Below are positions 25,728 to 39,213 of a DNA stretch of 58,845 nt, piece after piece. The stretch is taken from assembly GCA_000320545.1 (NCBI GenBank), contig ADNK01000066.1:1-58845 (forward strand), written 5' to 3'. This stretch comes from Bigelowiella natans CCMP2755 (Eukaryota; Protista; Cercozoa). The notes under the pieces were generated by a model. That model was not told the origin of the DNA, did no database searches, and saw only the letters and a list, made by a program, of their open reading frames with translations. Position 1 is the stretch's first letter. Each line of letters begins with the position of its first letter. The translations under genes and the position numbers were made by a program.

Positions 25728-26389
25728 TCTCCCTTTCTCTCTAATGTACAAACGCACACGTAGACAGACAGACGCTAGTCAGTATGTTGTAAGTACATTA
25801 GTTTAATATCGTTTGTCGCGTCATCATGCATATGTGTTTTACAGGTGCGGAAGGCCAACCCTCAGATGGGAACCAACGAATTAGATGCTCCTGCAGGAAC
25901 GGTAGTAGGCAGTCAGTCCTATTCGTCGTTGTCAATACTACTATTTTCGCGGAAGAATATGGCTTTCGTTAAAGTAAATCACACCTGCCATTCATACCCT
26001 TGCCTATCAGGTGGTTCGTGGGATGGAAGAAGTCATAGATCAGCTGGATCATTCTTATGGTTTGCTTTGTATTTATTGGGCTGCACATTCATACTGAATG
26101 CTGTTCCTTTAGAAATTGTCTAATTTTGATACCCATACAGGCAATGCAGTGGATAGCAATGGGAAAGGGCCTGATCAGGTTGTTGTAGTTTCGTGCTTCA
26201 TGTAAGGAGAAGGATATTGTCGATTGGTATATTGATGCGAATGGTGTTATATGTACGCTCGTGAATCAAGGTGACAGGTGTCGTGCATGCTACTTACCGT
26301 AGGTCCGCATCATGAATGAAGGCAATGAACACATACACCGCGAGTTTCCAAAGACAGATTTCATTCAAAAGTGCTGGGAAGTATCGTAA
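24921..26389 (+). CDS. Divergent cyclophilin-type PPIase domain protein (5' exon(s) unresolved)
   Basis: Spliced: CMTTK|GEFEVELNPELAPKSVQQLLRMVRVGYFNQGIAFFRVNQWITQ|FG...WKRGTFALIGGTQMIIV...|VRGMEEVIDQL...GKGPDQ|VRIMNEGNEHIHREFPKTDFIQKCWEVS*. This matches the cyclophilin pattern T.KG...L....AP.....F.R......Q.G and V..GM+V+. Confidence 0.8.
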
Positions 26390-27126
26390 CGTGGACCGTA
26401 GCATTACTCAGAATCTGCTGACGAATAAATGTTTCGTTCTTGACGAATATTGTGGATGGAACGTTTCTGCTAGCTACATCAATAATTTGTGGCTGTTGCT
26501 TAATAAAGACATTGGAATTGCTCACGCTATAGTTATAGCGAGCAGCTACATCACATTTGAAGCATGGACGGTGCTAGATAATAGACAATGACACAGTCAT
26601 CTAGTTGTGACGATGTACGCACCTAGCTAGCTAGTACTATCAGCATTGTATGTTGATGTAGTGCGATGTCATAGTTGCTGCAATACGCCAATAATCATTG
26701 GCACACTATTTCGAATGAGCGAACATATAGTCCGCACCACTGCGTTAGTTTTACAAATAATTATTTGCATAAGTGTCACTATTGGCGGATGAATAAATGT
26801 ACATACTTCGCATGGAATGACATCCAAACGAATACCGACTGCCATGGCCAGTACAGCCACACGTGCGCGATATAAAATTGTCGCAGAAGCTACACTGTAT
26901 GTATTCTCTCGATAATGTTTGTTGCTAGGTGGCCTTTTCATGCATGTGTCATTGCAACATGGGCAGTTCCTTGCACACACACATGCTTTTGCCAGCAAGC
27001 AGCACATCATCACAGAGTCGAACAAACAAACACAAACATGAGTGCTGTAGCTGCCGCTCTGCATAGCTACATTAGGATGACAATTGAAAAACTGTAATTA
27101 TTTCATATATTCGTCTCATATGTGTA

Positions 27127-28107
27127 TCATCGTCCTTGGTAGAATTTTTGGAACAAAGGAGCTGTCACTGGCCTTTGGAAATGACCACCTATTGCGTTGT
27201 CGTCCCCAACATCGTGGGAGAGAAACCATCCCAAGATGCGTTCTGTTGCCTCCTCGTCCAACTTCCTCTTCACCTGGAGCATATCGAAGACGCCGCGCTT
27301 TTCCATAGTACGAGTGAAGTTCCACGTGGCAATGAAGTTAGGACCAAACATCCCATTGAAAACATCTTTTCCACTACGAATCTTTTGAACATCGAAAGGT
27401 GGTGCATCCTTGACATTTTTCATGGCACGTGCGCCAATATCGACCCACGAGTTGATCGGGATCCACTTCCCGCCCTCAAAATAGAACACCCTCGTCGCCC
27501 GGAGTCCCTGAGGAGGAGGATAGCGCATCATAGATCGAGCAAGCATCGAGTCTTGAAGAAAGTATATGATGGAATCATCATACAGCGGTAGGCGAGGGAG
27601 CACTTTCTTCACTGCCCAACGCCATGCACCCAGTTCGCGCTGGAATCCATTATCAGTGTCTTCATTCCTTGTGTATTCGATGCCGTATTCGCTACACAGC
27701 CTTTCAACCTCTGGACCAAGCGGACTGCTATTGTCTACGAGAATCATCTTACCAAATGGTGAACCTGGGAGCACCGTGTCTCGCACCTCGTGCTGCTTTG
27801 ACAGGAGGTCGCGCATTACTTTCTGCTGGTTCGCTCCAAAGTATGATGCGATAACAATTACATGTGTTAGGTTAGGCCCGGGTAAATTGAAGGTGGGCGA
27901 CGGTTGTGCGGTGGATACAGAGCTTGAGTTTGTAGTTTCTGACTCTTGGATAAGAGGTGGAAGCGAAAAGCCGTCCTCCTCCTCTGCCTCCCACCAAAAT
28001 TTCGATATTGGACTTATCATTCCGCCCACAACTAGCCCAAACATTATGAATACAATTCGGTCCCAACCCCCCTTCTTATTTAAGGCAAGGCCATTCGATC
28101 CCGTCAT
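27127..28107 (-). CDS. Intronless type II membrane glycosyltransferase-like protein
   Basis: Clean 326-aa ORF with an N-terminal TM (IVFIMFGLVVGGMI), S/T/P stem, then VIVIAS...MILVDNSS...ELGAW...IYFLQDSM, which resembles a GT-A-type nucleotide-sugar-binding region. Function is inferred. Confidence 0.65.
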   Translation of the reverse strand: MTGSNGLALNKKGGWDRIVFIMFGLVVGGMISPISKFWWEAEEEDGFSLPPLIQESETTNSSSVSTAQPSPTFNLPGPNLTHVIVIASYFGANQQKVMRDLLSKQHEVRDTVLPGSPFGKMILVDNSSPLGPEVERLCSEYGIEYTRNEDTDNGFQRELGAWRWAVKKVLPRLPLYDDSIIYFLQDSMLARSMMRYPPPQGLRATRVFYFEGGKWIPINSWVDIGARAMKNVKDAPPFDVQKIRSGKDVFNGMFGPNFIATWNFTRTMEKRGVFDMLQVKRKLDEEATERILGWFLSHDVGDDNAIGGHFQRPVTAPLFQKFYQGR

Positions 28108-28497
28108 CCAGAAGGGGGGTGGGGGCAGTTCAAAATTTGAAGGTTATTACAGCTGCCTGTCTAGCTAGCAGGGGGGGAACTTCATGACCGTAGTTACTTC
28201 ATATCAACATTCGTTTTTTTTATTTTTAGTATTTCTCAGTCCTTTCCTCTTGTCGCTATGCAAAAATGAACTCCAAAATTGTAGTAAGTTAACAAAAACG
28301 GAACTTTTAAGTCTTGATGATCTATTTGTTCTCCTTGGAAAAAATGCTCCTCGTCCTCCTCCTCCTCCTCCTCCTAACATGTATCCGTCGCTTTTCTCCC
28401 TGCGACAATATGTACCATCCCCTTTTCTATTTGCGACACAAAATAGATAAATCATTACGATAGGTTCTCATCAAACGAAGAAGAACGCAACACTGAG

Positions 28498-29665
28498 ATG
28501 GCGAATGGGCTCGTCCCTTCACCGCTCCTTCTGCTGGCAATCCTCGCTATTCAGATAATATTACCGCCTGGAGAACATTGGAAAGAAGAGAAATCTAGCT
28601 GGAAAGGGCTGGGTCGAAGATTGAACGTGCAGCTGAAGACGTATTATCGTCTACGAGGAGGCTGCGATAAGGTGATAAGCTCATTGTGCGAACAGTCGTA
28701 AGGGCATGCTTGTAATCGCCATCAGAGCACTGGAAAAGAATATGATTCAAAATGATTTACACTCAGGGCCCTAACAAGGTGGATGATACCGAGAATTTGT
28801 TTTTCACGGCAAGGTACTGCAACAACAAAATAGCGAAGTAGAGACACCGTGAATGAATGATCGAAGTAAATTGAATACAGAAATGGAGATGGGTCGCACG
28901 CTACATTGGGAAAAAACCGTAAGTATAATCCCATCCATCTATCCATCCATCCATTTGTTGCATATTCAACTGTCTGCATCCCCCCTACATTGAAATTATG
29001 CATCCACCACCTTTTTATTCTATGCGGCGGCACATACACCTGTCTGCTGCCAAGCAATTCAAGGATATTTAAAGATAGAGTTCTAAAGTGAGGAGGATTA
29101 GCAAAAGGAATGTTTATGTTACGTATTATGTACATGTGTGTGTGCAAGCGGAGAGGGAGGTATATGTCATAATGACCACAAGGGGCTGCGTATTCGCCTT
29201 GAACGAAGCAAAACACATTTCCCAAAATCTATTCTCGCCGACTCTCCAGATACGGCGGGATGGCGTTCACTAGGAGGTTTCTCCAGTGAATTTTTACCAG
29301 AAGATGATGAAGATTTTGCCGGAAAGAGTAACAACCACCGTCGCAAGAAACTCAATTATCCTCCACCCCCCGATGTTGAAGACTCAAGTGAATTATGGGA
29401 TCTTCCCCCTTATCCTCGATCATTCCGAAGAAGTCCATTATTGAGGCAATTTCCTATCGGCGTGGAATCCACCGTGCAGGTGCTACCACACTCGGTTGTG
29501 CTACTTAATGGAGAGAGCAGCTAGAAAACACAGCTAGGCGCGAACGTTAGCTTTCCTTAGTATTTTGGCTCGTTTTGTTATTCCTGTGGTGATGATATTG
29601 AGTTTCGTAGCATCTCATCGTCATCCTAGTGTGACACTAGTTGTAAGACAGGAGCTCACCATCGC

Positions 29666-29705
<40 letters not shown>

Positions 29706-30072
29706 TTTGTTGCCTCTAAACAAAAGGGCGATGGACTTCCTAGCGACCGAACTACCTATTCCGCTGATTCTTCAACTCCTTCTTCCCATCACCATCATCA
29801 CCATGCCCATCGCAAATATGAGATGCTATTGCAGCAAGATATTCCCAGTGATTTCTTGGCTTCAATGAACCATTCTAAGGGGGGGGGGGTAGAAGATATT
29901 TCGACTAAAACCCTAGCTAAGTTGATGCGAGAAGCAACTGAGGGGGTGGAGAAAAGTGGGGAAGAAGGGAAAAAATGAAGTGATGGCTAGGATTTATTTG
30001 GATATTCAGACGTCATTATGACAGCATTGTTGAGTGCTTACACAATTTATATTAATGTATTATATATATAAA

Positions 30073-30103
<31 letters not shown>

Positions 30104-30216
30104 CTTATAAATATCTGTTTTTCTTCTATGACGAAGTCGAGATTACAATAGCTTCTAAAACTGGCATATACTTCCAAAATATATGTGTTAAAATCTTTAC
30201 ATCTATAAATAACATG

Positions 30217-30267
<51 letters not shown>

Positions 30268-30318
30268 TCAAATATATTTGGGGGAGGGAAAGTTTCTTTG
30301 TTGATCCGTTTTCCTTTT

Positions 30319-30358
<40 letters not shown>

Positions 30359-32135
30359 ACGAGTCAATCGTGAAGAGTATAATCTCCATTGAATTACATA
30401 TGTGATGTTTTAGCATGCACGATAAGCATACGCTGCATGTGTTTCTCCTTCCCTTTGTGTAATGGCTTTTGTCTCTTCTTCTCGCCATTATTTCCATCAG
30501 CAGCAGCAGCAGCAGCCGAAACAATTTCTTCGGTCAGAGATGGGTCGTCCTCACATCGTTCACTTCCTTCTTTCTCCGCCTCTTCTTCATTCGCAGCATC
30601 AACGCCTTCATCGGGTGACCACGGGGCTGTGAGCAACGACAACATGTATGCAAACTCCTATCGTAAGATATGTAGCCCTCCTCCTCCTCCTCATCGGAAA
30701 ACACAAGCAAAAATATCTCCTGGAATACCATATAATGTGACTTATGGAGAAGCTTGGGAGCACATCTTTCGCACAATGAATAATGCCGCAAAAGCTGCGA
30801 GGGGAGAGTATGTGGAGGTGCTGGAAGATGAGGAAGAAGAAGAAGAAGAAGAAGAAGAAGAAGAAGAGGGGGCTGAACAAGAAAGAATCACGAGAAAATT
30901 AAGGTGTGAAGACTTACCAACACCGGCTCTGCACCATGATGACGAAGGGGAAATAAAAGATAGTAGTAGTGGGATGATGATCGAGAGTCGAGATGGCATA
31001 GAAAAAAGGAAACCAAACCATGACGTCAAAGACGACGTTATTGGTGATAAACTGTTGGACACAAATCTGCGGGGGGAGGGGGTGGTGGAGGAGGGTGGTA
31101 CACAATTGAGGAGGCGTGAGAGCTCATTAAAGGACGTCGTTATGGAGGGTATAGATAACGATTTGTTAGATGCAAAAAGCGATGATAACGATGTCTTAGA
31201 AGGCGGGAACAGCAACACCAATGTTGTTGAAGGTCGCATGCACGCTTGGGAGACGATAAAGGAGGGAATGCAGGTGTAGTTTCAACGAATGAAAAGATGG
31301 TTAAGAAGCACAATATCAATAGGATAAGCCGTATGTAAGAGAATACTATTGGAATAGCTTTCGTCGTGGCAACACTAGTATACTAGATACAGCAACAGCA
31401 GCCATTACAATACCTCCCTGATCAACGCATAGGAAATGATTTTAACGTGTGAATGTCTTCCATGCTGCTTTTCATATAATACTACTATACTACTACTACA
31501 ACCAAACAAGCAGTCATTTGGCCAAAAACAGAGGAGGATGATGTGGAACGACTTGCCACGAATGGAGAAGATGTTAGGTCCAGAAGAAAGGGCATTCGTT
31601 CAGCACCTTTTTGGCGAAAAACGGGTCGGTCACTACACATCACGGTTTATCATTAGTATTAGCAGTAGTAGTAGCAGCTTTGTAAGCAGCAATGTCTCCC
31701 AAGCCATATCTAGTAGTCTGATCATCATCATCAATACTACTGCTTACTACTTTATGCATCACCGTAGAACAACACATTGCAAAACCACGGTGGCGACGAG
31801 AAAAGGACGGGTGATGAAAAGGGTAAATACCCGGAAGAAGAAGAAGAAGAAGAAGCAAGAAGGCGATTTGAGAAGTGGAAGGATTATACTGAAAATCAAG
31901 AGAGTCGAGTAAGCTGCTATTTATGACACGTAGAGAGAATAGCAAGAGATGATAATAGTCTTAATAAGCAAAGTGAGCTAGGAGTCCAAAGCATTGGATG
32001 TCGTATGCAACGATGAAGCGAAAATAGTCACTTGATGCCAGAAACGATTGTAATGTATTTGTTTGCATGCTTATCTAGCCGCAGCTTTTTGCCATATCTC
32101 ATATATGCACAATAGTGTAGGATTTACCACACACG

Positions 32136-32188
<53 letters not shown>

Positions 32189-32950
32189 TGAGTTCATATT
32201 ATTTTCAGAGAAAGCCAGCAGCAGCATCGTTGCATTATCGGCGTGGTAAATCTAATTCAAGAATCTTGCCGTGTTCTTCAATACCGCACAACCACAATGA
32301 AAATGAAACCTACCATGTTCCACGTGGAGGCCAAGAGCAGGCAATCAATAACACTAACGGTGACTGCAGCAGTGATGATTTCCACGAGGTAACGATGCTC
32401 GTAGCAATTAGGAGGAAGAAGCATGCTAGAAATCAAATCATGAGGTTGTCATGGGAAAATGTATGCGAGGCGGTACTACTCTAGAGTAAGTCATACATCG
32501 GTCTGCTTATTATCGTGTAACATGGGGCTATGTATTAGCTAGTGCGTCGTCAAGATTCGTTCTCGATTCATTTGTTGAAATAATACTTCTCAGCGGTACC
32601 TCAATGATTTGGCGTATCTCAATCCGAAAATGGGTAGAAGTAGTTGTAGTAGTAGTGGAAAGTGATGCTATTAGCCGAAAATATCAAGAAATGCGTAGGC
32701 AACTATACACACTGATAGACACATCCTGCCGCATCGATACTACTCGGAAACATGATTTCCCTAAATAATTTAAATGTGATTGGGACTCCTAATATCTCGG
32801 ATTATAACAATTATTCCCTTTTATCGTTGTTCAGAGAAGAAGCTGATTCGAAACATGTATAGAGGCGCAATGCGTAACAGGAAGAAGAATAAATCCGACC
32901 TACAAATTTTGTCCGAAAGATACGAGAATTTAATCCTTTCAGGCGCGGGT
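28498..32950 (+). CDS. Unknown acidic low-complexity protein with signal peptide and RLRGG-ending leader (multi-exon; 3' end approximate)
   Basis: First exon MANGLVPSPLLLLAILAIQIILPP...YYRLRGGCDK ends at a GT donor (28672). Downstream coding-like exons lie at ~29250-29479, 29729-29945, 30500-31273, 31510-31623, 31767-31907, 32209-32388 and 32834-32948. Joining them into one gene is inferred. Confidence 0.45.
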
Positions 32951-34598
32951 AAGATGCAAACTCATCTTATGTGAAAACCGAAACTTCAGCTAATACACAC
33001 GTATACGCACACACATACACACTCTGATTGCACTTAAAATATTTACTCTAGTGAAAGGACGCGCTGTGATCGTGCATGTACGTATGTCAATAATTGCACA
33101 TCTGAGATCATCATGTCTTGTGGTTGTGTGACAGCGGATGAAGATTCAGATAGGTCTCGATGTTGGAAGTCTTTCGACAATTGAAGCCTCGATCGTGATG
33201 AGAGCATGTTATTGGGTAGTATCATATTCGCAAACCTGTAAAAATGTACGATAAGGTAATATAACTCTTAACTAAATTTTTATTAGGCAAATGTAAATCC
33301 TTTGAGCTCACAGATAGATCCCGACGTAAAATGAACTTTGCAGAATTCATCGGTGTAGATCTCAGATCTTTTGAAACCTATAAAATCGGGTACTTCGTAG
33401 TTGGGTACCCCGCCCTCTGCATGTAGCAAGCCATTCCTAACTTGTCGAAAATGTATACGCACATTACACAAATGTACAGCTGCATGTCATTACAAAAATA
33501 CGTGTTTTTGTAGCACAGAGCACATCATGATGATGTAATGCATAATTATAGCAAAATGTGTAGTCGATTGGATGTCTCTATGATCTAGTGAGATGTGCCG
33601 TTTGCTGATTATGCTGTGTTGCATTTGCGAGCTGTGTTCACAGCGATCGAAGGTTGCGCGCGCGAACCCATCTAACCATTGTCAACAAACGGATGAAGAA
33701 AGTGTAATCGCTCGCTTCTTCCATCATTGGCGTTGCTTTTGTCATGTCATGCATGATATTTTTGCAACATCAATTTAGCAAAGGCCAACAAAAAGCGGCA
33801 AAAACATCGGCACATGAAGTGTGCGGCCAAACGTGCGTTTCGAGTGCTCCACCCCAGCCAATCGATCTGTCAGGAACAAGATGCATGGAACACTTGTTGC
33901 GCGGAGTTCTTTAATTTCGACTCCATTGACATTTAGGCATGAAGCAGCTCACGTGTGCGTGACTCAGCTAGCTCGGCCTTTGTGCTTTTCGCGACGACTT
34001 GCGTTGCGTTTCTTTGGATCTCATTGCACTTTGTTCACAAAGCCACGAGCAAACTGAGCAAATGCCAGCACGGACCATGCATGCAATTGTCCGTTTCAAT
34101 GTTCCATGAAATGAAAAGAAGTCTTCAATGCACACAGACTTGCTTTGAGTTGTGTGCGAACAAGCAAGCCCAGTGCCGTAGCGAAAGAAAGCCGCATCGC
34201 AGGCTAGCAGGGGGCCCTGAATGGGGAAGAAGAATCAGAAGAAGACAACAGACAAATGCACCTTGCAATGTGCAACGTGCAGTGCACAATTTGTGTCTTT
34301 ATTCAGTGAAGATCAGGAAGAGAAAGAGAAAGAGGAAGAACTGCACATGTGCAAATTTAAGGGAAGCCAGTTTCCGATGGGGGACGAGGGATGGGAATCA
34401 TTTTGTGTACCGTTTGATCTGTATTTCTTTGTCGCAATGACCGAGTCTCCTACATTTGAAAGTAATTCCTTCTGATTTCCGACAACGCCGATTCTTTAGC
34501 AGACATGCGGAAATTCCGTGGATTTTCGTCCTGCGACAACATAACGGAGCTTCTTGAAAGAGACTAACTCAGAACTAGCAACACAGTCTCTTCGCAGC

Positions 34599-36837
34599 AT
34601 GAGGTACCACAGGGAGGGGGGGGGGGGGGGAAGCAATGGATGGTGAGCAAGTGTGTGCTTGTGTACTTGCGTGCGCACGCAATTAAACAATGTATAGCGA
34701 TCTTCATCTTATATAAAAAGTTCTCATTCATCTTGGATTGTCCTCTCCCTTAACTGTATCACACATCGACTATCATCACAGCAACAAGAAGGCAAACGAT
34801 ACGGATATAGCAGTGAATGCCAAGGAAATGGAAGCTGCATTCGAAGCCCTAGCAGGCTGTGCGACAATCGAAAGCGGACGCATCATGACTATTGACCCAA
34901 CCTCTAACCAAGTAAGCCTCTCGGCTGGAAAGGGGGGGGGGGAAACCTTCGTTCTCGTGACTGAATTTCGCCATCCCCACCTCCATTATCGGTATTTGAC
35001 GACTTGATATATTCGTTTGTTTGGACATTTTCTTGTAGGGGGTGACTAAAATAAGCGTCATAAATGCTCAGAAAGATCCAAAGTTAAACAAAGTAAAGGA
35101 TTTGTCATTTTTTGTACCGTGCCTCCCCCCCTCCTACACTAGAGTAGTAGTAACACTATTTTTTACTTCATGCAAGACGCTGCGAGATTCTCGGTGTTTT
35201 TACAGAACAGCTCTAGCAGGTACATCCGTAAGATATAATTCACAACTTATGATTTCCATTGTCCCTCAAATCATTGGTGCTTACATGCAGTGTCGATGGT
35301 TTTTCTATTCCTCTGCCTTTGATGGTATGGTCGCAGATTCATCTTCTTCGGCAGCGTTTCAGTCCACTCCTCCCGTTCCTTTAGGCAAAGCAATCGCCAC
35401 CATTCCCTCACCATCTGGTCTCAAGTGCACATAGTAGCCCCGTGCAAGAAATGGAGATGGAGAGAACACGACGAAATAACGATATCTTCAATGCACATTC
35501 TGACTGCTACTACCATTATAATCACTTTACAGGGAAACTATTCTTATCCATATATTCCGATGAATCTGGTGCTGAGCAGCAGAGCATCTCCTCCACGTAT
35601 ACTTTTGTAATCTCTGATGCCGCGGAAAACCTGCATACGATTCGAAGTAAAGGACTTCACAAGCAGATCTTTCTCAAAGGTTAGGTTATCACCATCTGTT
35701 AAATTTCTGTGGTTGCATGCGTGCATACTAATGAAATGTGTTTGTGTGTGCGTAATACTAACAGGAAATCTGGGGGGAATATCGTGGTCTTTAGATGAAA
35801 CTAAAATCGTTTATGTTGCTGAGCCAAAGGTAGTAGCCAACTATCCACGTATAGAAGAGAGTACTCTTGTGTGAGGGAAGAGAGAGACTTTAAAAGATAT
35901 TCTCCTTTCTCCCAACCAAAACTATGGAGTTCTGGTGCTATTTCCCCTCTCTCTCTCTCCCTCTCTGTCTTTCTTTCGTTTGTCCAATATTTCTCCTGAG
36001 ATTAGATACGTTATTCTGGCTTTGTTTACGAAGGCCACCGAGACGTCTCACTTCTTCTCTAGCGACAAAGACAAAAAGAATGGCTTGGGAGAAAAGGGCC
36101 TGAAAGACGTTCAAGAAGGAAAGGACGTCACAGCACCTGCTGGCAAAGATGAATCGAAGGGAAGCCCTTTTGAGTTCTCCGAGCACTGGGGGGAGATCAT
36201 GACGAAAGCGACATCTCCAAAGCCATTTCTCATCGATATTAGGGTGCTGAACCCCCCCCCCCCTAACCCCCCCTTCTCTCTCTTTGTTTCTTTGAGAAAA
36301 TGGTGGTTGGCGGACCTTGCACTTCCATGCTTTCAACACCATTCTTTTAAGACACCGAGAGAAAAGAGAAGAAATGAGAAAGAGAGGGAGAGAGGGGGGG
36401 AGGGGAGAAAGAAAGGGGACGATACATGATATATAATATAATATAGAAGATGGCCGAGTAACATTCGATATTCCTTTTTGATTTTGGACGTTGTATGAAG
36501 CTGGAAAGCGTTATTCCATTCAAAGGAGCTCCGAAGAATGTGTCTTTCGGGTAATTGTAGTAGTGTATTCTATCATCATCATCATCATCGTCATCATTAT
36601 CGTATGCATTCAAATTGTGAAGCATTTATCATCATGTTTAAATTATCATCAGGCAAGTGCAGTTCTGTCCTGATGGCAAGTCGATGTATGAATTGGAATA
36701 ATACCACTAGTCGCAATAACTACAACTATAATAACAATGATGATCAAAACATGTATGCTGGAAAATCTTTTGAGTCTTGCTCTCGCGCTCATATAGGTGT
36801 CGGCTATATTGATATGTGTGTGAGTGAGCGGGTGTGC

Positions 36838-36879
<42 letters not shown>

Positions 36880-38207
36880 GCGTGTGTATGTGCGTGTGCG
36901 TGTGCGTGTGCGTGTGCGTGTGCGTGTGCGTGTGCGTGTGCGTATGGAGTTTTGTCGCCGCAATTCGAACGACTCAGCAGCAACATCATCAACAAAATTA
37001 ACAATACCGCATTTATTGATTTATTGACATTGCACCTTAGCGTGGTGGTGGGTTTCCCAGAAACTCCACGTAGAATGGGTCTAACGTACTATAACTCACG
37101 TCCTTCCTCGCTCTATTGCTGCAAGCTTCCAGAGCCAGAAACAGCTTCTTCAACAGTGGATGGAAGTGACAACAAAGATGCTACTGTCCACTCTCAAGGG
37201 AAAGGGAGGGGAGGAGGTGATGAGAAGGGAGGAGGAGGAGAAGGAGGAGGAAATAATAGTGGAGACTGGCAAGTTCTGACTGTGGATAGCAGCGCGCTTA
37301 ACCCTCGATTTAGGTGCTACTACTACTACTAGCAGCAGCAGCAGCAGCAGCATGAGAGAGCTTCTATGAGAGATGGTGATCTTTGAGCGACACTATATTT
37401 ATCGTTATTGTCGTATAACCCCTTATCGAAATAGCCAATGTGCTCACTTCTCTCTTCTTCTTCCTCTTCTTCTATTTGCTTCCGTGTATGTTCACACAGC
37501 CCCGACGGCAAGAAGCTGCTATACACAAGTACGGAGTGTGGTATCACTACTCGTGCTCTCGTATGCGGCTACTGCGCTGGCCTATACCACCAGCAGCAGA
37601 AGTCCGTCAAAACAAGGCAGAAGATCATGCGGAGACCATCGTAGAGATTGTACACGATGTTGGGAAGAAGGCTAATGACGATTACTTTCCTGGACTCTGG
37701 ATCTTCCTGCTACCTGGTTTGGAGAAACAGAAGGGGAGAGAAGGAGAGGGAGAGAGGAAGAGAGGAAGAGAGAGAGAGTGCGGGGGGGAGGGGGGAGAGG
37801 GAAAGACCGAAGTACTTCTAGTACTATGTTAATTATTTACCATTGTTTGTATTTGCTACTCTACTACTACCAGAGCGAGTCTGGCTTGAAGATTCCCAAC
37901 ACGTCGTGTTTCACTCTCTCTGGAATATGCAATACCGCGCCCTGTAATAAATGCACTAATACCTTGAGATGGTACACCTAGATCAATGCAACACACTTAT
38001 CGACCACAAATAAATGGCAAAGGATTAAACTCATCATTCATGCTACTTATAATTTAGCAGTAGGTAGTTCTTCAGCGTATTGTTAATGATGATTGTCTTT
38101 TCCCTCCTTTCAACCAACTCTTCACTCTGCAACAACTGCTAGCTGCGTGGACACGAACACTGGCTTGATCCGAATTCTACAAGGAGCTGCGAATATCGTG
38201 AGAGCGA

Positions 38208-38251
<44 letters not shown>

Positions 38252-38547
38252 TATATATGTGTGTGTGTAATGTGAGCAGCAAAATAATGAACAGTGAAGG
38301 GTTTATTATGAATTTTAGACGACGTGTTGTTGTTCTTCATCATCATCATTATCATGGTCATTGTTATTATTATTAGAACTCCAAAGCATCTATCGTCGTC
38401 CTCGATGTAAAAGGTGACAACTCCGCCTGAGCTATCAGTATACAACCAATATCTTCCCCCCCTCCCTCTGTTGATTTAGCAAATGTTGGCAGCATCGTGA
38501 AGTTCATATTTTTGTACGTATCTCGTAAATGTAACAGAGACAAACGT

Positions 38548-38584
<37 letters not shown>

Positions 38585-39130
38585 GATAGGCACACACCGC
38601 AAATCCAACTACTGCCATCTTAGGAGACTTTGTGCTGCTTAAATCCAGTACACCAACGCAACCGCAGCAAGTGGGAGGATACGATAAATTCTGTTTGAAA
38701 TTAATGGCAAATAGTATCATCATACTGAACGTATAAGTCCTCCGTCGAGAGTATACAAGGATTTCAACACCTCCTATCATGCTTTGAGTTTTTGAATAGA
38801 TGTAGGATAAATGCGAATATATGCTGCACTTCCTTCTTCCCTTGAGAACTCCTCTTTATCCTGTTTTGGTTGGGATTATATGCATATATCTCCAGCTTCA
38901 CATTGCTCGTGTTTTGACCGAGAAAGTGCACCCAACGGCTGAGGCTGCTACTGATGATGATAAAAAGGCAGGGAGGGCAGATGGCACTACTACCGCTCCT
39001 TCTAGTCCCACTACTACTACATTTACTACTTCTACTACATCTTTTACAAGGAAAAACATAGTCGTCAAAGTTGCCCCAGCTGAATGGGAAAGTGTTTCAA
39101 AACCGTTTTCTATCCGCAATCAAAGTATCG

Positions 39131-39173
<43 letters not shown>

Positions 39174-39175
39174 GT

Positions 39176-39213
<38 letters not shown>

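Noticed and set aside
27136-28168. Plus-strand ORFs of 151 and 200 aa
   Set aside because: Antisense shadows of the 326-aa minus-strand gene.
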